A stretch of 56,298 nt of DNA, the filler included, from Platydemus manokwari (taxonomy: Eukaryota): NCBI GenBank assembly GCA_037951405.1. It is 5 parts of 5 records of this genome, joined end to end, with 100 filler letters (N's around TTAATTAATTAA, not from the genome) between each part and the next. Parts side by side here need not be neighbours in the genome. Positions count along the whole stretch, not along the records: positions 33,339 to 43,582 come from JBBMOY011139772.1; positions 43,683 to 56,298 come from JBBMOY010044458.1; 3 more parts are not named here. The stretch is one strand, 5' to 3'. Each line of letters starts with the position of its first letter. The first letter of the stretch is position 1. A model generated the notes under the pieces. It did no database searches, had not been told where the DNA came from, and saw only the letters and a program-made list of their open reading frames with translations. Position numbers and translations under genes: made by a program. Shown piece after piece: positions 39,041 through 51,710 of this stretch.

Positions 39041-39107
39041 GATCTCTCGGATCCTTCAATAACGATGGGTGCAATGATGATTATAGTGGTTTTGTGATTG
39101 GAATAGT

Positions 39108-39198
39108 GTTATATTTCGGCCTTCCATGGGCCTCATCCAGGTTTTATTGCCAATACAAGTTTCAAAGTTCATTTTCATTTTGATAAAATCCTATATAT
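39108..39198 (-). ncRNA. Second, degenerate hammerhead ribozyme (type III-like topology)
   Basis: Minus strand: UAUAU-A | GGAUUUUAU...(about 35 nt)...AUAAAACC | UGGAUGA | GGCC-CAUGGAA-GGCC | GAA-AUAUA. Stem II is nearly identical to the first copy, but the CUGAUGA box is altered. Confidence 0.6.
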
Positions 39199-39211
39199 AT
39201 ATATATATATA
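39192..39211. repeat. (TA)10 microsatellite
   Basis: Directly visible; abuts the second hammerhead. Confidence 0.95.
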
Positions 39212-40626
39212 AACTCTAAGGAAAAAGAGGAAAATGACTACAAAAAAGTATAAGCGAATTCTAAACACAAGCCGAATTAAACCACATCAGCTTTCATAAA
39301 ATCAATTCTCCTCTCACCTCCTTTTCATCCAGTGGCATTAGTTCCCAACACTGGTTGTTCTAATTCTCCTGAGCATTGCAGCTTCAAAACATGACTTAAT
39401 TGCAGTAGCATATTTGTTATTTTCGTTTATAATTGTACAGATAATAAATACTATTTGATTATAATTGCATTTTTTATCACAACACTATCTTAAAAATGTA
39501 ACCTACACTTTATGTAGTGCTAAGGGTCAGATATTGGTGGAATTACTTAATGAAATTTTTTATTTAAATTTATTTCAAAAAATAACGAACTTTTATTATT
39601 TTTTTAACGTGACGCCTAAAATCTAATCTTAAAGATAGTCATTAAAAATTAATATTTTTGAAATGATTTTGTTTTAATAAGTAATAATTAGAATTTATAA
39701 ACCATTAATTATTTGTATATATTTAATAAATAACTAATTAATTTTTTCTATTTAAAATATCCTAAATTTTCAGAAATCTATTTTTAGTATTTATAATATT
39801 ATAAAAATATTCAAATATTTAATAAACAATTTAAATGAATTAAAAAAATTATAATTAAATTTTATTAAATTATACTTTGAAACAAATATTTAATTAAAAT
39901 TAAAAAATCAATTTTAAAATCGTATAATATTTATTTATTTTTTAAAAAATATTTTAAAATGCATTAAAAATTTTTATTGCTTGAATCCATATTTTTACAT
40001 GTTTTTATTGATTTTTATTGGTTTTTTTGTAAATATCTCTATTTTCTTGGTTTCATTGTGACATTCATCGAGCTCGACTTTAATTGAAAGCACCATGTGG
40101 GATTTTGGGATTTTGACTTTTTAATCCTTGTAAATTTATGATATCGATTTATTATTAATTTTCTCGTAATTAAATACAGGCTCACTGTATGAAAATAGAA
40201 TTTCGATTTGTTACAGTAATAAATATAATATCCTAAATTAAAAGGAAATAAGTAAAAATTTCTAATAATTCTTTACAGTTGAATGAAAATGAGGAATGAA
40301 ATTTTAAAATTTTTCTGAAAATGGATAAAAGGCTGTAGTGTTTTATCATATGCCTAATATCATTTCTAGAACTTTAAAAATACCTATTTTTTCTTAATTT
40401 TAGTTTTTTATATAGATTTTCAATGTTTTTTATCAGTTTTAATGAGTCATCATTTTTATGAATATATAATTTATAAATTACGGAATTTCTGGTTATTTCA
40501 AGATATTGCTAATTTGAAATTTAATTAAAATTTTCCAAATAATAATAATATTTTGTTTAAATAATTAGATTATTTTAATTAAATAATTTCTCTGGATTTT
40601 AATTTTTTCAAATAAATAAATAAATA

Positions 40627-42142
40627 ATGAAAAATTCTACCACTAATGAAAATGTAAAAGAAGGCGCTATATTTACTGATATTAAATCCAACCATTGGGT
40701 AGTGGGTCAATTACTTGGGCAAGGGGGTTTTGGATCCATTTATACAGCTCGAGATGTGTTATCCGATGAATTTAAATTTGTTATCAAAATTGTAAGTCAA
40801 CTTTACTATCGCTTTATGAATTAATTATGAATTAATTAATTTTTAAGGAACCAAAATCAAATGGAACTATTCGTGTTGAGACTGATTTTTACATGCGTTT
40901 TTGTGAAGAGAAAATGAGTTCGTTTAATTAAAATACTAGATTTTTTGTTATTGATTTATATCAGTTACTAGTTGGATTAATGAAAATAAATTAAAATCCC
41001 TTGGAATCTCACGGTATATTAGCCATGGCATAGAAGAAATAGGTGATTATAGATTTCTCATAATGGAGAGATATGGCGATGATTTACACAGAATTTTAAT
41101 GAAAAATAATTTGAGTCAGAAGTGTCTGTTTCAGATAGCTATTAATATTGTAATATTCTTTGGACAAACATTTTAGTTTTAATATTTTTTTAGCTCGATA
41201 TATTGGAATATTTTCATAGCAAAGGATATTCTCATAGGGACATAAAGGCAATGAATATATTGCAAGGATACCAATCAACTCAAGTAACTTAATTATATAA
41301 TTAGATTTCAATTTATTCATGTTTAGATTTATTTAGTCGATTTCGGATTGACTCATAAATTCAATTTGGACGGGAAACACAAGCCCGAAGTAATTGATTC
41401 AAAGATTAAGCATAGCGGTACATTAGAATTTTGTTCAAGAGATTCACATAGGGGTTTGTTGAATTAATAATTATCTATTATTATCTATTATTATTATTAT
41501 TTTTTCCAGGATTATATTCCAGTCGTCGAAGTGATATCGAAAGCCTTATGATTAACCTAATATTTTGGCTCACTTGGGATAAAAAGAATGACTTTTCTGA
41601 ACGAGTTGGATACGGAAAACTGCCATGGTTGAGTTACATCAAAGGTTTGTCAATGGTCTGAATATGCAACGTATAAATTTATGGTTCTAGATAAGGGAAA
41701 TCAACGACGTAGTCCGAAAGTTTTGAAACAAGTTTCGAAATCCAAAGAGAAGTACATTGGTGAACCGAATTTATTAATTGAAAGTGTTGGACTAAACAAT
41801 CATTCGTGGACTAATGGTAAGTTTATTCATGATCGTATTTTTTAATTCCGTGATTTTAACCGGAAAAATCAAATTGAATTTTATTAACAGAATATTAAAT
41901 AATCTATATTTATCATGATATATTAATTAGATTTCGTGAATCTTGTCACCTATGTTTCCAAATTGAAATATTCTGAACGACCGGATTATGATGATATTCG
42001 TCAACAATTTGCCAAGATAATTTGTTTAACTAATAATCAATTGAATAAATCGTCAATCGATTTCAATGATTTCCGAAATATAGATTGGAACGATTCTACT
42101 TTGTCATCAACCCTCTCAAATGAAACAGTATCTCATTTGTAA
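40627..42142 (+). CDS. VRK1: Vaccinia-related kinase (VRK family, CK1 group), 8 exons
   Basis: Exons 40627-40791, 40848-40917, 40965-41149, 41194-41283, 41327-41453, 41510-41644, 41691-41817 and 41931-42142 splice in frame. Motifs: LGQGGFGSIY, VIKIEPKSNG, YRFLIMERYGDDL, HRDIKAMNIL, YLVDFGL, HSGTLEFCSRDSHRG, SRRSDIE, KLPW, LKYSERPDY. The symbol is family-level. Confidence 0.9.
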
Positions 42143-43510
42143 CTCGGGTTTCGATTCAAAATGATGTATCAAAAATGATATTCCAAAATCCAAAATGAAT
42201 TTTCCGAAAGAGGGTATGAACAAGAAACCATAAAGACCCAAAATCCCACTCATGTCAACTTCATATTGTGATTGTAAATACTTACAGCTTAATTAGCACT
42301 TCTTTATTTTATAAAAGTCAAAACTGCATTACCAGAGTAAATTTGAATTCAGATTATGATAAAATAAAGTTCATATTGATCTGATTTTTGAGGGAAAAAT
42401 TATTTATAGATTTTTTATTTAATTCCTTAATATATTATTGATATTTTTTCCCTTGTTTTTAATATATTAAAGTTAATTATTAATTTTCAAAGGCAACAAA
42501 GGCTCATTGCAATTGATACATATGAAGTTAATAAAATAAATATGGTTATGAGTTACAAAAATTATAACATAATTTATATTTAAATTGAGTATTAACACAA
42601 AACTTGTAAATGTTTATGAGCGAGCTAAAAAATGATACAAATAATAGCAATTAAATGAAAATATTTTAAAAGTTCTCATCGATTTGTGCCTTAGAACATG
42701 ACATATATATCACAGCAATTCCAATAATAATTATTACATAGTCTTTGTGAAAATCCAGTAAATAGGTGAGAAATAAATATTATTAAATTATTATCAAAAA
42801 CGTATGTTAAAATATGTGCGGGCTGATCATTAACAATTTTTCAAAGAAGTCATTGGAATTTTCGAAAGTTAACATTACTTTACGGATGTGGAAAAACATT
42901 AATTGTAATCCTTAGCTATATTAATATTTATTATACTATGTATAAAATTTATTATTAATACATTGAAGTTGGCCTTAACTTCATATTTTTACTAAAAAAA
43001 ATAAAATAGGCTTGAAAATAGTAAATTAAATAAATATTTTGCATTTTGAAAAGAGAATGATTTCATTTCAATGAATTCATCTGTTTAGTTAAACAATTTC
43101 ATGATTTTAAATGGATTGCATACTTAGTTTAATTTCTTTGTGCCAAATCATATAGAAAACCAAACAAAAGTAAAAAAGGATTTAAAAAAAATTATTTTCT
43201 TAAACAGTTATTTGAAATAACAATAAAAAATTATTTAAACTCTGTAAACACAATGAATGTTTGTTTAAACTTTTCAGTGTGACCTGTACATTTAGAAATC
43301 TAAATGACCAGATGAACCGTGATATTAATAAGTGGTTTTCGAGGATCAATGAATTACAACCATTTTTGTCTGTTTTGTGTACAAAAATATAACGAGTGTT
43401 TTTCATTCATTGGTTATCATAAATTCTCTTTAGAGCTAAAGTTAAGAAAAGGGGTCCTACAATAAAATTATGAAGATGTCGAGGGATCGAAAAAATCTAT
43501 ATAGTTTATT

Positions 43511-43582
43511 TATTAGGGTGAACCAAAAGTTCTTTCCGATTTTTTATTAAAAATTTAAACATAATTTTACAACAAATGGAAA
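43511..43582. mobile_element. Mariner-type element terminus cut by gap
   Basis: TA followed by TTAGGGTGAACCAAAAGTTCTTTCCG resembles mariner TIRs and lies at a contig end. Confidence 0.55.
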
Positions 43583-43682
43583 NNNNNNNNNNNNNNNNNN
43601 NNNNNNNNNNNNNNNNNNNNNNNNNNTTAATTAATTAANNNNNNNNNNNNNNNNNNNNNNNNNNNNNNNNNNNNNNNNNNNN
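43583..43682. other. Assembly gap with TTAATTAATTAA spacer
   Basis: 44 N + ttaattaattaa + 44 N. Confidence 0.99.

Positions 43683-43743
<61 letters not shown>
43683..43743. repeat. (AAT)n microsatellite
   Basis: About 20 perfect units, starting at the gap. Confidence 0.97.
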
Positions 43744-43744
<1 letters not shown>

Positions 43745-46469
43745 TAATAATAATGATAATTAAAGTTATTAAAATTAATTAAAATAATAACTATAAAAAA
43801 TCATTATTTTTATTATTAATAATTAATTTTAATAATTAAATTAATAATAATGATAATTAAAATTAAAATAGTGGCTGTAATAATCAAAGGTTATAATAAT
43901 TATTATTATTGAAACAATAAATATCGTACTACTTCTAATAATAATAACAATAGATTAACAGGGCCTTCAAATAAAAATATTTTGTAAAACTCGCCTCATG
44001 ATCATGTGGATCATTCCATATGACATCGATTTTAAACTAAACTTCATCATCAATAAATATTATATGAATAATGAAGATAGGAAATTGTTACAAAATTTGA
44101 TGTACGACATTGTGAAACTGTAACTAGATTATTTCACATAGACTGTTTTGAATCTCTGATACATATCAGCACATTTCACTTACAATAAAATCATGTCACT
44201 GATTACTTTAGTGGTCGTCGTTCAATCTCTTCATTGTCCAAGTATTGTTTTTATTAATAAATAAATAAATATTAAGGACATTTATCTCATTTTTTATCAT
44301 GACATTCACACTCGCTGTTATCTTACAACGAAAGATTTGTTTGGGAAATTTTCAAATCAAAAACGATATATTTATTTATTTAAAATGAAATATAATTATT
44401 AAAAAAAAAATAACACTTATAGTGAATATCAAAAAAAAGAAAACATATTTCAATATTATCTTTAATCTAACCGTAATTAGTTATTCATAAGATTGGATTA
44501 AAGATTTTTTTATTACTGAATTATTGGTGATTCCTAACGTTATCTGAATAGAATTTTATCAATCATTTGAAATCACATTTGCAAGATTTGAGCCCTAACA
44601 ATGATAAGTGAAAAAAATAATCTAACTATGTAAGATATCCAGTGATTGTTTTGTCCAGACAAAATATTTAGTCCAGGTTCCAAGTCCACTCATTCCCAGC
44701 GATATCAAAATTTTAACAACGATTTTCAACATTATCAGTAATGTTGAGGAAGGCAAATTTAAGCATAATAACATGGATTATAAATTCTCATTATATGTGT
44801 GACTATTTCTTTACCGTTCATTTCTGGTGAATATAAAAAATATATTATTCTTCAGAAAATATAGTTTCACTAATAAAATAGAGACGCTTTGTTACTATAT
44901 ACATAGCTTGGTGTTTGTGAAGGTAGCAAGAAAATAATTGCCCTTCATTTATTTCAAGAAAAAACAAATACTGAAAAGTATTTATTGTTTTCATTATTCT
45001 TAGTACGACATCATTGCTAGACTCTAAGAAAACTATCGAAATTTAATTATAAGCAAAACATTCTGTTTAAATAAGAAGTTTAGTTAATGGCCGGGTTTCG
45101 AATTATTATTATTTTCATTGTAAGTTTGCCAAAATTTCTTCATTATTGATATTCAATTCAAATGTCATGTTTACAACAGAACAAAAAAATCTTTTCATCA
45201 ATACAATTTGAAATTAATTTCCATCTGATTTGTCTTCATTTTAAATTCAAAAATAAAAATACCCACGTTTTTATATTACATCTTATTTTTTCTTAAACGA
45301 TTTAAAATTTATGTTTAATAATTTTATAATTGAAAGTTTAAAACAGTATTTTTTTAAACAAGATCCTTTTATAAATATTAACAATAATTAAAAATATCTT
45401 TTGGGTCAATTTTTAATCATTTTAATCCCATGTAAATTTTAATTATTTATCGTATTTTTAAATAAATATTGGACTCATCAATATCTGTTACTTCCTTGTT
45501 CAATCAAAAATTTGAACTTGTAGAGACTTTATTAACACCCATTGTGATTAAGTTCACTTTCCATACCTTCATAATCTTCAAGTTAAAATTAAACTATTAA
45601 TTAATTAATTTAATTTAATTAATAAAATTGAAATTATTGTAACTTCTTCATTTCTGAGGATGTATTTCAGGACCAAAATTCAATTTCTAAAAATTCAGCG
45701 AAATTACATCATATTTACTCATTTTGAAATGGCCATATTCATTTTAATAAATATTATTTATAAGTTTTATAACAAAATTCTAATAAAATTATTATTCATT
45801 TTCAATCAACGAGGAAAATAGCACCAAAATATCGAATGTAAAAAATAGAGAAAATTCCTGAATGAGTTCAACGAACGAAATTAATCGCATCTGTTAAAGT
45901 TGAGAGAGAGAGAGCAAAACCGCTATCAAATACTCCATGATTGATGGTCCGTTGTTAATGAAACCAAAACATGTTGTTATGAACATGCAAATTATTTTTC
46001 GCTATTAGGATTTCGTTGCATATTATCATGATACATCTCTCAAATATTTGTATTCGGATGACGTAATATGGTTGGTATTGATTTGAAATTATCGAAACAA
46101 AAGCAAATAACAATTGTTTAACTCTGTCTAGATTTCGTTCGGTGATTTTCGTTCGTTGTTATATTTCAAAAAATCAATAATTGAATCACATTTGGTGATT
46201 ATCTTGTGAATTTTGCATTTTATTGCAAGTATTCCTTATCGCGATAGCAATCTTGATAGTGATTCGTCAAACTGAAATTCGTTTGTGTTGTTATTAGAAA
46301 AACCTGTTTTCATTTAAGAAATGTTGATTTCAATACAATAGAATTCGATTAATATCATTTCGTCCGTTCGAGGAAAAATAATGATATTAGCAGACTTCGG
46401 CGCATGTTTACAAGCGAATTACAATACTGTAATTTTGTTTAATCGAATTGTTAACATTTATTTTATATT

Positions 46470-46590
46470 AGTTATTATTATTGTTATTAATATTATTATA
46501 TTTTTATTATTATTGTTATTATTATTATCATTATTATTATTGCTATTATTGTTGTTATTGTTATTATGAATATTATTTCTATTATTAGTA
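46470..46590. repeat. Degenerate (TTA)n microsatellite
   Basis: Visible; it explains the poly-Leu ORF 46381-46569. Confidence 0.9.
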
Positions 46591-49500
46591 TTTGTTCCTA
46601 TTTATATTCAGACTTTTATTATCTTTCCAAAGTTTGGATCGTCAACATAAAGAAATTGAAGATCTTTGATATAACTGCCAAACCATTCGAATAAAAATTA
46701 GATTGTTTTTAAGTAAATTTATAAAATGTGATTACAAAAAACGTGCATTAAATAAAACATTGTTTTAAATTCCATGAATTCCAATAAATATGCACAGGTC
46801 TAAAATCATAAAACTTCTGATTTTCCAAAATTCAACAGCTGAGAGAATCCATAATCAAGCTTTCCATGACTATTGACTAGAAATTTTATTTATTAAGGAT
46901 CTGAGAATCTCTTAAAACTTGTGATAAATGTATTTTTATCTTATGAGGAATGACAGGAAAAATCATCTTCAAACCTCTTCTCATATAAGGGTCTATTTTC
47001 AAGAAACTAATTGACCTATCCTTGTAGCCTGAAATCCATTATTTTTATCCAATATTTTATTTGTGCCTCATCAATTAAATTCTCCATACAAAAACTTAAA
47101 ACCATATGAGATTTGGTGACATCTAAGGTTTATTGTAAAGTTAACTATTATTATAAAAAAAATTAAAAGCTTTAATTAAATTTTCAAAGCAATTCGACAA
47201 ACCTAAACACCACCGAACATCCGCCAATCTGAACAACCAAAATCGATTGGATGAATCGAAAAAATTTTATTATTATATTACAACTGAAACGTGTAAATAT
47301 TAACTCGCAAAAAAATCAAAGTTATCTCCTATCGAATCGAATAAATTATACAAGTAAGTAATCCAAATATAATAGATTAATCGCTTCGTCGAATCCGAAG
47401 TTCACATAGATAAGAATCAATCAAAGAATCTTATATCAAAAAAAATTATTCATCAATGGATAATAAATTCGATAAGGCATCCGAATTACAATCCACTATT
47501 CTTCCATGTTGCAATTCTAATATTGATAATCAATAATAGATATTCTATCGGAACTAGAAATGAGTCATCTATCAAAAATAATAAAAAAATATTCAGCATG
47601 TAATATCAAAAAATCTTAATTATTTACACAGTTGTTGTGCACTTGAATAATTTCGCTTTCATCAACTGTTACAAGCAAATATTAAACAACAAAAAAAAGC
47701 GAACTCAATGTTTAAAAACAATTTGGAATTTATTTTAAGTTATCTAATGTTGATGATTTTTTGGAATTATTGTAACTTACTCAAAAACTGTTGGTTATTT
47801 ATAGTGATAGAAATAAATCAATTTATTCATTCTTCATTGTATTTTAAGTGGAACTACATCATTAAGCACTCTGAAAGTCTGCTCTGAAAATATGGACAAA
47901 ATATATTGATATGTCACAAAAATCAAATCATCAAGAACCCATTAATAAATATACTAATGAAATTATAATACTAAAAATTCTAATCCAATGGAAATAATTC
48001 ATAGAAATTTATGTTGGTTAATTAATTAGTTTTGTGAGATTTTTCTTCTCAGATTTAAATTCTAAAAATTGTCTTTTATCTAGATTAAATAACTACGCAG
48101 AAAAGTAAGATTTATGATGTAAAATTCTGTTAACGGATAGTTTACTATCTGATGGATAAATTACGAAGAAGAAATTATGGTTTCACATCAATCAGGAAAA
48201 TATTATTAATTATTTTAACCTAAAAAAAATTTGTTCATCATATCAAACCGTGATATCAAAGTTTATTTGATATTTTCTTATTATATAGTAAATGTGAACC
48301 CATTCCAAATTGAAGCTAAATCTGAAACACATTTAATCACATCGGTAATAATGTGAATAGGTTCTCTCACCAGAACAACACACCAAAAATATGCATTTGT
48401 TACTCAAATCTTCCAGTAACTAACCAATATCTACATCTGATGGGCTACAACGTGTCATAGATGATGTTTATCACTATAAGCTGGCATTCTCTGTTATCGA
48501 TTTTTAGATATTTTAGAACCTGTACTCTTAATTATGCACACTGGCAGCCCTACCCATCTGAAAGAGTTTAATCTGACGCGCATACAGTTAATCCTACGTT
48601 TCAATGTTTTTACACAATGATCAAAATATGCACATCTCATTATAATAAAAATTTGACCTAGAAATAATTGATAAACATCCTCCGTGCATTAAATCTATTT
48701 GTGTAAATTTTTTTTGAGTAGATACTAAATCGTGTGAGTAAGTGCTGTTTGTATTTGATAATACAAGTATAGACAGCCCGTGCATTAAGATTTTGTTATA
48801 GAGAATCTCTGTGAAAACGTAATAAATATCTATGCTAAACAAACCAGAATCAACAATGCACAATAATAATAAAATATCTTTCATGCTTACACACAATAAT
48901 TGTATGCACCGATTGAGTGAGTGTGAGTGTGTATGTGCATTTGCTAACAATGAGAATAGCACAAAAGCACACACAGGTGAGAATGCAGTCTGTACCAGAT
49001 TTTGGGCTTAGTAACTGCACGTCGTCATCACAGCCTCTCAATGGGCTGTGCTATCGCTCAATTGTCAATGTAGCCACAGAATTGATTAGATGATGCAGTG
49101 CCTGTGTGCTGTTCGTAGCAGACAATATGAAACAATAGAAATATCGATGCACTGTCTGGCCCTATTACAACACAACCCCAATGATACCCAATTTGTGAGG
49201 AAGGCACAATTCAGTTTTCATTTTCTATTTTTGCAATACATAATCGGTAAGTTTTTTTGCTTTGTAAGAATTTGTTTTTGGGTTAAATCAATTTCAATAT
49301 GAAATCGATTTATATAATCTATTTTGTTAATGGAACTTATTTATTAATATAGATACATTATCAATGACTTAGCTGGCTTTGTTTTTGTTTCAGTAGACGC
49401 ATTCCCAAGACAAAAATGTCATTGTGTACATAACCAATATGGTTAGATATTTAATTGATGAATGGACCTTGATCGCAAAGGAAAATAGTATTGAATAATG

Positions 49501-50255
49501 AGGCATTTAATGGTATGCAGGGCATGGGTCATTTCAATAACCAGATACAAAACACACTCTATTAAGGATAGACAAATTTATTATAATCAAAACAGTGGAT
49601 CTCGATGTAATATCATTAACTAATGCATAATTTTGTGTTCGTTTAATCTATTCAAAATGGCGGCATTGGTAAGTCGATATAGAGAGAGTCGCAACTCATT
49701 AGAACTAAATCTGAGTGCAACTTGGAGATGCCGAGAAGTTTGATTTTATCCATATTTACCATACGAAACACACAATCACGAACATTGCACCATGCAATTG
49801 ACAACGTCATACGAGAGAGAGAGAGTTTTAACAACAATTTCTATTCGATACGACCTCAACAGGTATTCGTTAGATAGGATTGAAGTTGGGCATGCAAGCT
49901 TGACCAGAATGTGACGTTCGTCGGCAATTGTTTTACCGATTTGTGCGATTGTTATTGATTCATAGTAGCATAATGAGATATTAGGACAATAAAGATTAAA
50001 TCCTAATCAACACGTTAAGGTAGTCAGATTAAGAATGTGTGCATTTTTGATAAAGTTTGTACCCAGTTTTATCAGTGCCGGCATGTATTTCGGTTTGAAT
50101 GTCGAGTGTGCACAATGGCTTATTTGTAAGGCATATATGTATTGTCTTCATCATTCGGTCAATCCACTTTTGTGATTTACACTACCTCCATTTTCCTTAT
50201 CATTCTGTTATTGTATTTTGTGATTTAATTAGTTTTATGACATCTATCTATTTAG

Positions 50256-51710
50256 ATGTTTCCATTCACTATCAACAACAATCTGAAATTTTTCTCCCAA
50301 AACAATGAATCTGCAGAGGATGATTTGATCAAAGAAAAAATCAATCAGAGCATTTTTCAAGCTCTTGGGTCGAAGAAAAACATCAAAATCAACGCAATAG
50401 TTGTTATCGAATGTGATAACGAACCAAAACGTACTTTGATCATCAATGAATCAACTAATGGGAATATGATGAATCCCAATATCCAAATAGCTGCCAAATT
50501 GCCTAACAATGCATTTGCTTCTATTTCAACGAATTCTGTATCCAATCATACCGGAGTCTTGCTGCAACAGCCTCCATTATTTTCAACAACTCTAGAAGAT
50601 CTACAGGCTTTACTTAATATAACTACATCGAATATAAATCGTCAAAACGTTTCGCTTTCTGAATCATCCAGTCAAATGAATTTTTCTTTTATTTCTGCAC
50701 CAAATTGTAGTCCCGAATCCATTTTGAAAAATGAAAAAACTACAGACAATAATGAGCTCGGACTTTCTTCTCGGAAGAGAAAATCCGAAAAACCAATGAA
50801 GATTCCACAAGATTCCCCAATCGATTCTAATGGACTCGATCTTACTGTCAATGTTAAACAAGAACGTCCTCTAAACAATGACACCGAAATGAAGATGGAG
50901 AAATTCTTTAACTGTAATTTACCCATTTGGCCTTGTCCTACGTCAGCAGATGCGAAATCGTTTATTACTCAGACTCCCCTTCTTGCGTCTAAACCAAGAA
51001 AACCTCAGACAGTGTCAGGACACAAGAAATCCAGTAAAGTTTTCAACTGCAATCAGTGCAAACTCCAATTTAACTCTCTCAATGCTCTCTGCAAACATAC
51101 GTTTTCAGATCATCGAGCTTTCCGTTGTACTTTTTGTAGTGCAAATTTCACTCAAAGATCGAATCTCCAACGTCATTCATTGAAACATGTGGGATTCAAA
51201 CCGTTTATTTGTAATGTATGTAGTAAAGCTTATTATCGAAAAGATCATCTAGTGAGACATATCGAAGTTAGTCATCCTGGTTCTGATCCCAAATCAAATA
51301 TCACTGTTAAATTGTCATCATCAGAATGCCTAGAATACTTAGAAAGAATGCAAAACAACAGACTACTTGAATTGGAGAATACTGAAGATGGAAAAGAAGT
51401 AATTGATCCATTAAGTTTGGAACCAATTGGAAAAACTTCTCCCTATACTTTGCATCTTCCAGACATTGAAAACAGTCCTTTCAATGATGATTCCATGGAC
51501 AACAGTCAACCTGAGAATAGTAAATTCATATCAACTGGAAAAGAAGAAATAGAATCTCCAGGTCGACTGCAAATATCACTTGAAGAGAACATTTCAAATC
51601 TAGAAGTCAGCGGAATGAAGTTAATTGACGAAGAAACGATTCCGACAAATTTGAGTGGAAGCTCATATATGGAAAATTGTCAGGATAAAGCTCTGAAAAA
51701 CTGCATTTGA
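50256..51710 (+). CDS. zfp-1: Flatworm zfp-1-family C2H2 zinc-finger transcription factor (484 aa)
   Basis: Three C2H2 fingers, with QRSN in finger 2 and RKDH in finger 3, followed by NITVKLSSSECLEYL. This is the signature of the flatworm ZFP-1 family. It also has a GLDLT CtBP-type motif and an RKRK NLS. The ATG directly follows a splice acceptor (tttag). The exact paralog is uncertain. Confidence 0.85.
   Translation: MFPFTINNNLKFFSQNNESAEDDLIKEKINQSIFQALGSKKNIKINAIVVIECDNEPKRTLIINESTNGNMMNPNIQIAAKLPNNAFASISTNSVSNHTGVLLQQPPLFSTTLEDLQALLNITTSNINRQNVSLSESSSQMNFSFISAPNCSPESILKNEKTTDNNELGLSSRKRKSEKPMKIPQDSPIDSNGLDLTVNVKQERPLNNDTEMKMEKFFNCNLPIWPCPTSADAKSFITQTPLLASKPRKPQTVSGHKKSSKVFNCNQCKLQFNSLNALCKHTFSDHRAFRCTFCSANFTQRSNLQRHSLKHVGFKPFICNVCSKAYYRKDHLVRHIEVSHPGSDPKSNITVKLSSSECLEYLERMQNNRLLELENTEDGKEVIDPLSLEPIGKTSPYTLHLPDIENSPFNDDSMDNSQPENSKFISTGKEEIESPGRLQISLEENISNLEVSGMKLIDEETIPTNLSGSSYMENCQDKALKNCI

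Noticed and set aside
46381-46569. Poly-Leu membrane-like ORF
   Set aside because: It is a translation of a (TTA)n microsatellite.
50357-51183. Short overlapping and antisense ORFs within the zinc-finger gene
   Set aside because: Shadow ORFs of the real CDS.
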